NCBI GenBank assembly: GCA_046563655.1
Contig: CM102290.1
Coordinates: 2,418,001 to 2,482,000, forward strand
DNA: 64,000 nt
DNA from: Yuukianura sp. NJ FZ-2021
Lineage: Eukaryota
Reading direction: 5' to 3'
Shown here: positions 41,601 to 56,416 of the stretch, in pieces
Numbering within the stretch: the first letter of the stretch is position 1
Layout of the letters: every line of letters begins with the position of its first letter
Program-made: the position numbers and the translations under genes
The notes under the pieces: model-generated
Databases searched by the model: none
Told to the model about the DNA's origin: nothing
Seen by the model: only the letters and a program-made list of their open reading frames with translations

Positions 41601-44600
41601 AGTTGACGAGATTTCCATCTCTCACTTGCTTTCTGCTATTCTTGAAAATATTTGGAGTTTATGGAGGTTTCAATCCGATTTGAAAAAGGGCGGCGGTTTT
41701 TTGGTTTTTTTTCCTAAACTTGTATACACTCTGCTCTAGAAATAAAAGTAAATGAGAATAAATTCGTTGAGGAATAAGAAAGTACAGGGCGGCTCAAACG
41801 TAAAGATTTTCATTCAGAAATTGCTCCCTCGTGGACCTTAACCGCAGCCACCAGCACAACACGCTGAAAGCAAATTTCTTTTCAGAATTTCAAAATTTCA
41901 AAACAGAAAACATATTTTGGTTATTACTATATTTGGAAAAGGCTCAAAAGGAAAATCGGTGCAGCGTTACGCTCCTCTTCGTCTTCAGTAGCTTTTTTGG
42001 ATGAAACTTGGCAAGCAGAAAATGGACTAGTTCAATACTCGGAAATTCATTGATTTTTTCAGTTCTTTGCACACGTTGATTTTGTCAAATTTAGTTTCAC
42101 CGTGGAGCAGGAAAAGAATTTATAAGAAAAACAGGAAATCCTATCCCAAGGCGGATGGGAATGTCCACAGATTTTTTCGTTTCTTAAGATGTGAAGCAGG
42201 AAGTGACATAACGTCAACTCCCCACTGCCACAACGCCATTCAATTTCAATCGCTCTTTTTCAAATTCAACACATAAGAGGAACTTTTGAACTGCCACAAG
42301 GTTTACTTTCGCTGCTTAAACATTTTTCCAGTGGTAATTCGGGACTTACAGCCAGAAATTCTAAACCGATAGAGCAAACGCCTAGTCGTAAACCAAATGC
42401 CCTGAAGCTGTTTTTTAAATCCCGTCAAGCCCGTCAACCGTCATCTCAAGACGAACAAGGTTAGGTTGTAATTGAATTCGCTAAGTTACAGCAGGGACTT
42501 CCAGAACCATTCTAGAATTGATTCCTTCTAGGTGGAAGTTGTCCTGGGAGTGAAGCATGGGTGAATTGTTTTCAAATTAATGTCTCTGAACGCTTCTTGG
42601 AGCTTTTGTTCACGACTGAACCAGTTTCTGGTTTTGCTGGACCAAAAGCCGATTTCTGTGTTTACTTTCATAAACTTCTTTCCAGAATACGATTTTGTCA
42701 CAACATGTAACCAGACTCTGTAAGAAGTATAGTATACATCAAAACTCTTTGTATTTTGTGCAACCTGAAATTAGAAATTTTGAAATTATATATGTGAAAT
42801 TTCATATCGGGAAAGGATTTTCCTCGTTGTCGTTGCGTGTAGAAATGGATTGTTTAAAATATAGGCGAGGATGGATGATGGAACGACTCGTAGTTAGCTT
42901 TTCCCAACTGTATTCACAAAACCTAGCCTAACACCGAAATTTATCCATGTCAGGGTAACTACAAAGGAAACGCAACTTTAGTCAGGAGTTGTCATCATCT
43001 AGGCAATGACATAAACAAATCAGAGGATGTCAAAGTTCACAGGCTCTTTTGTACTATTTTTATTTAATTTTTTGAAAGTACAGCTCCCGTTGAGCTTGAG
43101 TATTGAGTTTGAGGTTCATGAACTGGAATTGAGTTAGAATTAGGTACGGACATAACTTAAGCTTTTCGTTTTTATATTTGTTGAAGCCCGCTAATCCTAT
43201 TTAGTTTTCAAAACCAATTTTCGTGGACATTTTTTTCATTTTTTTTTTCAAAAAAACAGATTTATATAATAAATTATATCAGACAAATATGAAGTGGAAA
43301 GTAAGAAATGGAAGAAATGCGATGTGAACCCAACCAAAGTCAACGGCTAAAGCGGATTTGTTGTCCATGACGAAATTAAAACTTGTGAGATTGAGTGGAA
43401 ATTTTTTGCAAGAAAGGAAATGTCAACAAAGAACTTGGTGGAAGTTGACCCATAGTGTAGGGTGTATAAGGGGTCAAGACTCTGGAAATCCACTTGGGAA
43501 AAAATCTCTTATTTGCAAAGGATATGGAAGGAAAGCGACGTTTTATCGTGAGTTGCCAATCTCATTCTCCTATCGCACGTTTCTCGTCAGTCGCATTCTT
43601 CTTTGTTGGAATTTCTTGTTCGAATTTAAGATTTTTCTTTCATGAAGCTAGAACTCCCGTTTCAACAAACTTTTTTTCATATAATATTTTCCTGATGTGA
43701 ACTGATTGAGTGCACGAGTTGATTAAATCACAAATCCTGTTTTCCAACTCCATTTATACCAAAAAGGAAATGAAAGTGAAAGTCAGAGAAAGTGATTTCC
43801 ATTGTTCCAAAATTCCTGCCATTATTTAATCCCAGTCTCTTAGACAGAAATCAACTTCAACTTTGGGCTCAACAACGCCACGCCAAAACTGCGCTTTTCT
43901 GTTTTAGGTCCAACTCATTGCAAAGCACAAAATATTGAACTTTCTCCATTAAATTGATCAACCTTTACCTTATTATGTTTCTATTCTACCCTTAGGGATA
44001 GGTTAGAATTGAAGTGGAAAGTATTTTAAGCGTAAACTGGGAAAAGGTGAGCCTGACTAGACGTGGATTTTTGGATTACCTTTCCCCTTTGCTTTCTTCC
44101 TTGCTTGATTCCATTATTATTCCATTCATGAATAAGGAATCTGCATAAATCTAATCAATTCCTTTTCGTTCTGAAGCCCTCAAGGAAGTGTCCATAAAGC
44201 ACCTTTTTCATCATTTTTCGTCTCCCTTTAGATAAAGTCTACTGGAGAAACTAAAATTCATGCTTTTCAAAAAAATTTTTGAGGAGCCAGGTACTTACAA
44301 AGCGCTCCGATTTTGCTCAGTGACTAGTGAAAGCAGAGGTAGCGGCTTGCATTCAGCTTTGCTTCTACCTATCGCACCTTCCCGTTCCTCTTATAGTTGT
44401 AAAAATTTACTTCAGCCACTTGCTTTCTTCTCCAGTTTATGCAAAATAATTTTTTTCTAGTGAACAACTGAGGCAGAAGTAGGGAGATAGAAAAACAACC
44501 TACACAATTTTAAAGTTATGCTTTACGAGTAGAAAATCTGAGAATTTTTGCAATTTCCGGAATGAAATTAAAATTTCGAAAGACGGATTTGCGAAAAGAG

Positions 44601-47600
44601 ATAAAGGCTTTATAGCAAGAACCTTAAAGTGAAAGCGCTAAAATAATTAAAAGTTTAAGGATCTTCTTCTACAGCTCTTCAGTTTTGTAGGCTTTATTCA
44701 GAAGACGTGCAAATCTCATTTCCATTGTGATTTTAAGTAGGCTTCCAAGAAAATTGAATTGAAGAACTTTTAAATGTTTTTTCTAAAGCTTTTCACTTTC
44801 CTGAATTGCAAACTAAAGTTTTATTACTCCTTAGAATTTAAAGCAGAGCTCATTTCAATTTTAATTAGAACCATTTTGTGAAAAGGAATAAATTTAATTT
44901 AATTTTTTTCAAAATATCGTTTTCGTCAAGGGCTTAATAAAAATTCGAAAATGTTCAAACCAATGTATCAGAAACTGGTTTCAAAACATCGACGTAGCAA
45001 ATGTACTACCAGCCAAGTCAATCATCATAACAGAAAGTAATAAAAAAATAGAAGGAGTTTTTCCTTAAACACGGAACTCATTTACCGTTTCCAGATGCCT
45101 GGAGTCTCCATTAGAACACTGTTATTTGACCTAAATTGAATTGAAACAGGAGAAAAAGCGGAAACGCTATGGTTGGCCGATCAAAACATGATGGAGATCA
45201 ATAATACTAAAAGCCTTTTTTGTTTTGCATTCTGTGGTGTGCAGGTATGAAGGCAGCCATTTTGATACAACGCTGGTATCGCCAGTACCTCGCTCGCATG
45301 GAAATTCGGAGACGGTATACATGGAACATATTCCAGACGATTGAATATGCTGGAGAACAGGATCAAATGAAGGTGAGTTTTGTGAAAAAAAAAAGTAAAT
45401 TGGAGTATGTTAGAGTAAGAGTTGCAAACGTTGACATGAGGAAACATCACTTCCAGAACACTTCAACTTCAAAATGAACGCAACTCAATTACTTTCCAAG
45501 GTTCGCAAGCCTCTTCCATCCTGCTGGTCAAAATGTCCTAGTTAGCGAAATCCTTCGTAGGTAATGTAGGTTTGTCCGTGCTTGGAATATTAGAGAAATT
45601 AGGTTTTCACCACTTTTATTCTTACTGGTCCAACTAAGCAGGAGAAAGGTGGGATGTTCCTGCACTGTCATTTGTAGAAGTGCTTCAACCAGTGTTTCAT
45701 TCATATATTATGTATGCCGCTGAGAGAGTGGGGGAACGTGACAAGACGCTAGACACTGAATACATGCATGACTACCTCACTCAAGCCAAACTCATTCAAC
45801 ATTGACTACTGATATGTCCTGTTTTGAATTTTTCTGGAAAAAAAAAACGGTACGACGCAATCGGTTAAATGGTCCGCCGACAGAAGTGGATAGACAAAAG
45901 TGGACTCTTACAAAAGTGGATATTTTACAAATCCTACTTTACAAATCTGTACCCTACAAAAGAGGATACTTACAAAAGTGGATCCTTACAGAAGAGGATG
46001 CCTACAAAAGTGGACCCTTACAAAAGAGGATTGCGACAAAAGTGGATATTGAATTATTTTACTTTTGGTTAGTAATTTTGTGCTTCGGGATTAAAAAAAA
46101 ACATTATTAGGCACTTTTAATAATTTTAATTCTCTCTACTTTCTTCATGGTAAGTTAGGTTAAGTATTCGAGTATTAATGACTGTTGGTTCAGTTCAAGG
46201 TTAGGTTTTTTGATTTTTGATGTTGGTTTTCGTTAGGTTAGGTTAGGTTAGGTTACGTAAACAATGTTAGTGTAGTACGTTGACTACCAGGAAGAATATC
46301 CACTTTTGTCGCAATCCTCTTTTGTAAGGGTCCACTTTTGTAGGGATCCACTTCTGTAAGGATCCACTTTTGTAGGTATCCTCTTTTGTAGGGTACTCAT
46401 TTGTAAAGTAGGATTTGTAAAATATCCACTTTTGTAAGAATCCACTTTTGTCTGTCCACTTCTGTCGGCGAGTCGGTTAAATTGTAGGTGAGTTTGAGCT
46501 GGCAAGCCGAGAATTTTGTTTTGAAACCGCAACGTTCAAAATCAAAGGAAGTTTCGTATTTGCTCCTGCGGATGTTTGTTTCTTTTTTAATATGAATTTT
46601 GATATGGTCGATTGAGAAATAATGTCAGCGGAGTGAAAGAAAATAATTGTCTCATTTTGTCAAATTGGATTTGAAATTTGTCAAAAGATGACTGTTGTGA
46701 AAGTCGATAGGGTTGGGGAAAAGTTATAATAGTATGTGCAAGACGGAAAATGATGAGATAGTAAAAACATGGACTCCGAAACCTTTGAAGTGGGAAGCAC
46801 CATTTTGGGTATCAACGGAATGGAAAAATTTTCCAACAGATTTGATCTAGAAATACACTACTGCCAAAATGTATTACTTTTTATCCAAATTTTTCGAAAA
46901 TTTGAATTCCGTTCCAATCCTTTATTCAATACTAGTATAATTTTCACATCCAATTTTCCTTTTACTTTGGTCTTCGATTCTACTTTTCCGGTTTCTGGAA
47001 GTGAAATATGATACAAATATTTAAACGAGGAGACATTAACAAGAATTCAGCTCGCTGTAATTTGAATTCGGTTCTGAACCAAACAGACGAGGTCAAACAC
47101 TATCTCCATATTATATAGTTTTACTTTGTATTTGTTTAAGTTGTTTTTATTAACTTTTATTTTGATACAATTTGCAGTTGTACAACTTCTTCAACGCTCT
47201 GCTGACACATATTCCACAGAAGCCAGGAATGGGAAGCCTTAGCAGAGACGCCAGCGGGAATCTTGGTTTGAACGAACGCGGGTCACTCGACTCACTTGCA
47301 ATTTCAGTATCATCAGGTTAGTTTTGTGCTAAACTTTCTCTGAGTTCCTGTCGTTGTGCTTTTCCCCATAAATCCTCAAATTTCAAATTATGATTTATGG
47401 TAATCATATTTTTCAAAATTTTACAGATATATGTATAAGTCAATGTTGTCATAAAAATTCAAGTTTTATTTATTCATGTCTAACCTTTACGGTTGTTCTG
47501 GAAGTCGTTCGAAATCAGAAATGATGCAGGGAATGTATCCAAATAGACATGTATCCAACTGAATAAGGGTATTCGAATATACATTCCTCAGGGAAACTGT

Positions 47601-50600
47601 CTCTAGTTGATCGTCTCATCTGAATGCGCAGACTGGCACTGTACTAAAGAATTCCAGCGTCTGTTGGAAACTGGGAAGACTTTCTTTTGTTTTCCGAATA
47701 TCTCTACAAGATCACTAAGAGAGGAAGACGATATGAGTTGGGCAACCTTGTTCTGACAACACAATATCCTGTGCGGTGGTTGAAGTGGATTGGATGGAAT
47801 ATATTGACATTCGAGATGGAATATTGAAAGACACAAAGGCAAAAGTTCTACTATGCTCCAGAAGTGTAGTTATCATTTTCCTTTTCCAAAACAGTCTCAT
47901 TTCCACGGAATAAAGAACCTCATCCTTTTACCTTTCTTTGGCGTTGGTTTTTGCATGCTAGAAATAGATGGATTCCGTATGAATCGATCTGAATGTTTTA
48001 TGAGATCTTCGAAAAATGCGTCCCAAGATGCAGTAGCTTCTTTTCAAATATTGCCGCAGGGAGAATATAAAACCGGAGAGACTATGTGGGTGGCACGACT
48101 TTCACTTTTGCTTTTAGGCTTCTGTGCCCAGGTACGAAGCGTCTCAAACGGATATCAAATTATGGTCGAGCTAATGCATGCTATTGTCTTTTTCAAAAAA
48201 AAAATCTTTTTAATCAATTGCCCACTCAAAAGTTAGAAACGAAGTTTAGTTTTGAAAAGCACGCCAAGTTCAAATATTTTAAAAAAAAAAGTCTTATACA
48301 AAAAAATAGAATTGTTCACCTTGATTGAAACAAATCGAATGCATTTCGAGAGAGTAATTTTGGAAACTAAATGAACAGTGGAGGGCCGTTGATGGAAATC
48401 GCCCAGTGAAGAGAAGAATTGTCTGTTGGTGAGAGATGTCCTTTGGAGAAAACCCTTCAAGTCCCCACTTCTCCAGTAAGGACGTCTTTCATTAAGGACT
48501 TTCTTCCGACTGGATGAGACTGAAATTGAAACAAAACTTGTTTAGAATAGGACCTAACTTTCTCAAGGGCCTTTTCTTCTAAAGGCTCTTCCTCACGAAC
48601 TGTTTTTTGCCAAAAGATAGATTCATCCATCTGTTTTACTTACAGTTTCAGCTTCCTTGTTTGTCAAATCACTGCCTTTCACTTTTTTGGAACCTGAGAA
48701 TTGCTAGACGTTCTAGTTGCTTTTGGTGTAGTAGATCTCCTGCAGGGAAACACAGCAGCAGTCGATAGATTTTGACTTTGCAGTAAGTATGGAAAAGAGA
48801 CTCTCCGTGTGACAGTGGTGGGGTATTGATTTGAAATCCCAGATATTTCTAACATCTTAGTGAAACTTACTTCTGTAAAGAAAAAATTACGTTGGCTCCT
48901 GGGTGGTTGAGTGTTTTGAAATTCTAAACTTTGCATTTTTGGTTTAGTTTTTCAGATAAAGACTTCGTGCCCAAGGTCTTTTTCTGTTCAGAATTTGGAA
49001 AGGCTGCCTTTCTCCTCATAAGGAAAATTAGCAGTAGGCTTTCCAATTAAAACTTTCCGAGGGAAATTGATACTGAAGAAGTGAGCCAAGAAAGGGAAGG
49101 AGAAAGTCTGTTTTTGTTCATAATCCATAAAGCCTTTTCAGCATTTCCCTAGTACGTCTGAAGTTTGTATTCCTAACACAAACTATTTTTACTAAACTAT
49201 GATGTTATAGAATTTATGTTTTAATTAACTATCTAAAATGTATTATTACATAAAATTATGATAGAAATATTTTTATGGAACATAGGTGGTGGTGAAAGTT
49301 CGAGTCAATGTGAAACACCAGGACGAGGCGGGAGTAGTCGGATGCGTTTGCGAAAGCGGAAGCTGTTTACAGGCCCTTCAGGGGGAGTTGACCTGGAGGA
49401 TATTCCGGTTGAAAGTGATTACAAAGGGCCCCATGTCAAGTTCCCTTTGACCCTTCAAAACCTTCAGGAACTCATTGACGCCTTCAATGGGAAAAAAGTA
49501 AGTATCAAAATGTCAAATGTTGAACTTAAACGAACCAGATTAAAGCAGTTTATGTTAGCGACTGTACAGTAACTAACCCAAAGCTAAACTGAGACTGCAA
49601 TATGTGAAAAGGTTATTTCGAAAATTTCGAGGAAATTTGTTGTCTACGTCGGATACCGCAGTTTTAAACTATATTAAAAAATTAATCTAGAAAATTCCAA
49701 TTTAAAGCAATGTTAGGTTAATCTAACTCTTTCCGACTCTTTTGCAGCAACTTCATATCAGTTATGTTGCAAGTATTCTGAAACTGGCAGCAGCAACCCT
49801 TCGTACTCGTGGAAATTTTAATCAACCTTCAACGGTACATTCAAAACAAATAACAGTCTGTGGTGACCTGCATGGGAAGCTAGATGACCTCTACGTTATT
49901 TTCTACAAAGTAAGTTTTTAAAAAAAAATCAAATCATTTTGTTTTGCAATTTTATGACCCGTGATAGTTATGATATGTCAATGTTGTCTGAACAATTTTG
50001 TTGCAGTTTATGTTAGTGTGTTAAGTGGAGTCGTTGCGGTCTAAATGGCAGCCATTCTAGGTTATGGCAATTGTTGTTTTGTGACATTCAATAAGTGGAG
50101 TACATACTAGATTACTGTTTAATTTTTTTTTAGAATTTGCAGCGACAGGGATAGTACATAACATTGAAAAAACGAACAAGCTGGGTCGTAGTTCCCGTTG
50201 TTTTGACTTGATTTGGTTTCAACAATTGAGGTTTTATGAGCACTACAGCTAAAAAGAAAGTGAGCTGGGCTATTTTTTGAGGATGATGGGAATTTGTAAT
50301 GGCTTTGCATGTGCTAACCATGGAGGGAGTAACTATACTCCTACACATCACAAGAACCAAAGCTGGAAAGCCCAAGTCAAAATCTTCCGCCAAAATCACT
50401 TTCACTTTTATGGCTTCCTTCGCTGGCGGACTTTGCTTTTCGCTTCCGTCAAAGGAAAAATGCTGGTGATTTTATGGGAAAAGAGTGCCTAATGCTCTCA
50501 TAAAAGAACCTTAGCCCAAACCCATTGGCATCTAACCCACCACTAGCTAGAAGCAATAGTTAGGTTAGGCTAGAACTAGTACTGTACCTCACTTACTATG

Positions 50601-53600
50601 GGATCGCCTTAGAAAAAAGTTTCCATCAAGAATCACTCCCGTGACACAAACTATCACCCTGGAAAGAGATGAGATGAAGGAAAGCCATCAAACGGGAGTT
50701 TGTTCAAGGGAATACAAGGAAACCTGTCAAACTTTTTAGTTCTCTCTTTATTATGGAACTGGAGGGAGTAACTACTGGAGTTCTGTCTTCGACGAGGTGT
50801 CTCAGAGGAAAGAACTAAAGCAAGGGGGCTAAGGAACCAGCACAAATAAATTATTCAAAGGAATTCAAACCATAGAGAGATTCTCTCATCACTTGTTTAC
50901 TCACCCACGAGGAACTTTGTACACTGTCAGTCACAAAGGTTTCTTACTTTCTACTTTCTAGTCTGCTGAATAAGGCAGAAGAAACCATATATAACAACTT
51001 AGATTCCGATGGTAGCCAAACAATAGAATTTCCGTCTGTCTCGAATACAAAGCGACAGCATTTTTACTTTCTTTGTTCCTACAATTTCCATTTGGTAGCG
51101 TGTAGTACCACCCAGGGGTTATCTTAGTCAGTGCTAATATAACTAGGTTAAGTTTTCGTACTTGGCCAACCAAACATAAGTTACACAACACACCAAATAT
51201 ATTTTTGGATTTAACATAGCGTTGGTTGTACACTGATGGAATGTTTTGAGAATGAAGGAAAACTAAAATTTAAAGAATGAAGGAAAAATAATTTGTGCGA
51301 AGTTGAGAGAAAATATCTTCTGGGGAAGCGAAGGAAAATTTTGAGAAATTCGGAGGGAAGAATTTAACTCTTCACATGTAAAATGTAGTTTTTGTTTAAA
51401 TATTTCAAAACGTTCGTATGGTCTAACTTTACACTGCGTCAAAGTTAAGTTTTTGCTTGGATTCTTTGACACGGCGAAAGCTGCTTTCTAAAGTCAAAGT
51501 TCTTCCCACGACGAAAAGCTTTCTCGGACATTTCAAAATTTAATCTTGACTTGAATCTAGGATTGGCTTCAAATGAATGTTCCTGCTTTACTCACATCGT
51601 GCACTCTGTCCAAACTATTTCCACGTATCGCTTTCCCATACGGCCTAAGATTTCCAAAAACGAGTTTTTCCAAGGTTCCTTGACAACCAGATTCAACTTT
51701 CTTTAACAGGTTAGGCAATAACTCAAGTTTTCCAAAAATCTTGAGTAAAAAAATTTTTTCTTTTTTTTTGCCTTCTTTTTCTACCTTCAAAAGTCATCTC
51801 TCTTCCAGTTTTAATTATTTTGCCCAAAAAACTTAAACCTCGAGTTATTGCCTAACCTTTCAAAGAAAAGTATTCGTTCCTTAATCAACCTTGAATTTTC
51901 CCTTTTTTAAATTACCTGTTCAACCTAATCTAAACTGCTTTTGGTGCATTTAATTTCTAGAATGGGCTTCCGTCTGCCGAGAACCCCTACGTGTTTAATG
52001 GTGACTACGTGGACAGGGGAAAGAAGAGCTTCGAAACCCTTCTGACTCTACTTTCTTGCTTTCTTTATTGTCCCGATGGAGTGTGCCTCAACAGAGGCAA
52101 TCATGAGGATCATATCATGAACATGAGGTAACCTTATTTTTTAACCTTTGACCTTCCCAATTTTCAATTTTCAAAATTCCTAAAGGATTTGAACTGAAAC
52201 TATTAAGAAAATGCATTCTTTGCACAAGTTCCTTTGAAACTCAAATCAATTCTTTCTTTCTGCCTTGGTACTTGGAAGGCTGCACTGCGTCCCCTTAGGG
52301 AGAAAAAGTGCAGAGATGAAGGAAAGTAAAAATCCAAAAAATGGATAAGCTTCTTTTTATTGTTCCAAGATGATTTCTTTTCTAAGAAGTCAAGTGCAGT
52401 AATCTCAAGGGTTGGAAAGCAAGCTTGGATTTTTGTTGTTGTGGAAGTTTTTATTTGAGTTTTAAGTGGAGAAAGTGGGCTGCAGAAGGACTTTTTTTAA
52501 TTTCCCTTCCATTTAACATTTCCAACTCCAACTTTTGAAGGTTTTTAGAACCCACTTAATGCCTACCCTCTTCAAATTCTCATTTTTTTTAGATACGGCT
52601 TCATTCGAGAGATTCGCCTCAAGTACAAGGTAAGACCTCTCAATGTCATGTTCAACATTTTCGAAAAACTTTCAAGTAGTTGAGAAAATGAAACCATTTT
52701 TATTCTTATCAAGGGTCATGAAATAGCAAAGGCCAAGTAGTGTCTATTGACCTAGTTTTTCAGAAAAAAAAATTTAGATTTTTAGGTTTTTATTTTAACG
52801 AAGGGAAGGTTTCTTCGATTTTTCTTGCAATGCCGACATTTGGAATTGGTTTGAACGTGTCGTGGAATAAAGTGAAAGCATGGAATGAAAGCTACTATAA
52901 TAATTGGAGACTAACTACCGGTTACCTAAAGTACAGGTTTGTGTCAAGTTATTTCCTTGCTTACGTATGTCTATGCTTTGCATTGGTGGAGGGAATTACA
53001 AAATTGGTATTGAGTTGATGCGACTGTTTTTCTCCAAAAAATCGATTTCTTCAATTCCATTTTAATTTCCAAAATAATTCTCGCATTGAAACACTTTTTG
53101 AGTAAACTGCGCTTTTCTGCTTCCAAGTTTTGACTTTTTGGAATTCTCTAATATTACAAAAAATAGAGCAAAAGAAAAACAATATTGCGTTTCATATTTC
53201 AAACCGAAGCCGGGTAATAAAACGCGAAGTGTGACGATGTTTTCCTAATGGTTTTTGTATTTTGTTTTTCAAAAAAGCACTAGATTTGTTTTTGTCGGTG
53301 TGAAGAAATAAAAGCTTTCGCCACTGGGATGTTAGTTTAAAAAAGTCAAGATTGTGGACTCTCGCTGACTTTTGGTTTCCGCTGAATATCCATTTCGAAG
53401 AGAAAACATTTTCAAAGAAATTGAATTTAAATTGTAGATCAATTTATGTCTAATTACATAGTAGATAAAGCTCCAGGTGCTTTCTGGATTTCGAAAAACC
53501 GACTTCTTTTCAAGAAACCATTTGTGGATTGTCTAGAAGCAGTTTCTAGTTTGTCTAGAAAATTATCGCAAATGGAAAGCCCAAAATCAAACAAGGGAAT

Positions 53601-56416
53601 TCACTTTGTGTTCCTATTTAAAAAATAAATTTGAAACACTTAAAGTTTCCAAAATCCGAAAACTTTCGCTTCTGCAGCAAGACTCGCTCAAATAATTGGA
53701 GACTTTGTTTTTGACTTGGACTAGGACATCTCCAAACTGATGGAAATTACTGAACTAGCTAGACGAAAAGCAGATGAAAGTCTAATAGGATTTCCCACGC
53801 CTCACCTGAAGTTAGAGCTTTTATGTCAGTTAGTCAATTAAATCCTTCCACCTCAAATATTACAAACTTTGTACTATTCTACATGAACTGTTTTCGAAAT
53901 TTTCAGTTTTGTAGAAAAATTTATAAAAGTATGTTGAATTTCTTTTTTATTTCATTTTTTCTTAATTTAAAACTTTGTGTTAGTCTAATTGCATGTAGAA
54001 AAATCTAATTCGTAAATAGACAACCCAACATCCCCAATTCCATAACTTTTGTAAAGTATAGTGCTAACTAACGTTCTGTTTGTTTACGAAATTAAGAATT
54101 AATTAAGTTAAATTGTAAATCAAGATTATAATTATAGTTATGTGTCGCAGTAGTTAGTGTAAGAGGTATGAGGTATTATTGAAGATGACTACTTGTGTAA
54201 CGTCAGATAGGAACGCCATGACTATACTCCTTAGCGTAGAGGATAACACCGATCAATCTGTAAAATGACAGAAATGCTTTAATAATGTGCTGTATCCTTC
54301 CGTTTTTAGGTTTTTGCTGGGAGATTACTCAATCTGATTGATCAAGTCTTCCGAAGTTTACCCCTGGGGACGATTATTGATGGTCGAGTTCTGGTGGTCC
54401 ATGGTGGGATTTCAGCGTCCACGGATCTCAAACTAATCGAAGACGTGGATCGACACAAAGTAAGAGCATGACATTACTATTCCTCTGATCTAGGGGATTT
54501 TAGGGTGATTTAGGCAGCATCTAACATGATTCCAATCGTTTCTCGTAGTATGTGTCCATCCTAAGACCACCAGTAGTTGAAACTATGGATGGTGCTGGCA
54601 AGATAATTCCACTATCTGATCTCTACTCCAGTGGCAACAACTCATCGGAATGGAAGCAAGTGAGTTTTTCAAAATAGCCCGCCAATTTTTGTAAAAAAAA
54701 TGAAATTACCGCGTTGCTTTTGAAAACTCCAACACAGGTTTTGGATTTGCTTTGGAGTGACCCGCACACTGGCAACGGATGTTCCCCAAATACGTTCCGC
54801 GGCGGCGGCTCTTATTTTGGTTCCGATGTCACGGACAAGGTGCTCAGCAAACATGGCCTCCAACTACTCATTCGATCGCACGAGTGCAAACAAGCCGGTT
54901 ATGAATTTATGCACAACAATAAGGTCAATATAACCTCAACAGTCAAATTCTACGTACTGAAAAGTCCGGTTTTCTGTTGAATTTTTTAATTTCTCAGTGC
55001 GTAACAGTATTCTCAGCCTCAAATTACTACGAGGAAGGTTCGAACAAGGGTGCATACATTAGACTCATTGGTGGACCAACAGAACCACTCGAACCATATT
55101 TCGTTCAATTCAATTCCGCTACACCAAAACTCCGCGGAATGAGTATTCGGCAACGCGTGAGTCTCGTCGAGTCGTCGGCTCTTCGAGAACTTCGTTCAAG
55201 AATTAACGAGAGACAGGATCAACTGACTCAACTGTTCAAAACTTATGACTCAGAAGGCACAGGTAATGGTTACAAAACTTTAGCAACACTATGTAGTTTA
55301 ACATAATATTTGCGCTCCAGAGAGGTCAATGATGCTTCCTAACTTTCAAATTAAGGCGCCATAGCTTGGAGTCGTCTTCAATTCAGAAGAGTATAATAGA
55401 CCCAATTTAATTTAAGTGTTTCAAATTTTCCCGCTCTCCGGTGGTTTCCTTGGGACATTAATTCCTTAAAACCCGCAAACCATATTTCCTGCCTCATTTC
55501 CTCCGAATGAAGCCGCTTTCCCTCTTACACAAAACCCGCTTTCTCCTGATCCAATTGGGAAGGCATATTGAAATTCTGAGAAAAGACTTTCTTACTTCCA
55601 TTGCTTCCTTGATTTCAAAATTTTGAAAATGAATTATAATTTTTTGGAATCCAATTTTTGTAGGTGTAATTACTGTCAGTGAATGGTGCATAGCATTGGA
55701 AAAAGGAACAGAACTACGACTCCCTTGGAGACTTTTGAGAAGTCGAATTGCTGAATTGGACACTCGCGGTAACGTAAAATACCAAACGACATTTGAAACA
55801 TCATCAAATGTTTCGGAGGTAAAAAATTAAACAAAATCAAATAGATTTTTGAAATTTTCTGGAAATGTGTTCAAATTTTGAATTATACGCTTTTTGACTT
55901 TTTGAAACCAGGATGGCGAGGTCACAGTGGCTGAAGTTCTCTACCGGAACAAGTCTAGTCTAGAAGCAATTTTCCGAATCATTGACAAAGATAATTCAGG
56001 TAATTCCGTAAACTAACTGCAAGTACGAAAGTTGTTAACTTTCGTAAGATATGGTTATGAGTGTATATTTGGCTAGAAAATTCATGACTAATTTTTTGTA
56101 ACTAGGCTACATATCAATGGACGAGTTTTCAGAGGCATGTGACCTATTAGGTCGTCATCTCTCGTCTCCCATTCCACCGCAGACGATGACCGAAATGGCA
56201 CGAAGCATGGATCTTAACAAAGATGGACTGATTAGTCTCAATGAATTTCTGGAGTCATTTCGAATTGTTAGCGCTGGGCAGGACTGCCTGGATGTTGATG
56301 AAGACGAACTTGAAGATGGCGGAAGGCGGGAAAGCGGAGAAGGAGCAAGTATTGACCCCAATGACCTTCCACCAGACAGACCACCTCCACCACCGCCCAT
56401 TGTCACCGAAGTGTAA
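38618..56416 (+). CDS. rdgC: Serine/threonine-protein phosphatase with EF-hands (rdgC / PPEF family)
   Basis: Exons: 38618-38804 (MGGGAS...SMGKLER, less certain), 45245-45372 (IQ motif [10 protein letters not shown]), 47178-47316, 49286-49497, 49748-49909 (GDLHG), 51961-52127 (GDYVDRG, RGNHE), 52593-52629, 54310-54459 (HGG), 54549-54659, 54738-54923 (LLWSDP, RSHE), 54998-55262 (SASNY), 55664-55818, 55912-55999, 56106-56416 (TAA). EF-hand loops include [13 protein letters not shown] and [13 protein letters not shown]. Confidence 0.94.
45871..46474. mobile_element. Non-autonomous foldback/MITE DNA transposon, 604 bp, in rdgC intron 2
   Basis: Terminal inverted repeats of ~180 bp (45871-46050 and 46295-46474) are built from ~16-bp subrepeats (ACAAAAGTGGATCCTT-like). 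The direct repeat GGTTAAAT flanks both ends (45863-45870, 46475-46482). There is no transposase ORF. Confidence 0.92.
46233..46256 (+). repeat. Short interstitial (TTAGG)4 tract inside the MITE
   Basis: The sequence reads TTAGGTTAGGTTAGGTTAGGTTAC. TTAGG is the common arthropod telomeric motif. Confidence 0.8.

Noticed and set aside
45802..46532. ORFs with repeated LQKW/YKSG peptides
   Set aside because: They are translations of the 16-bp subrepeats in the MITE arms.
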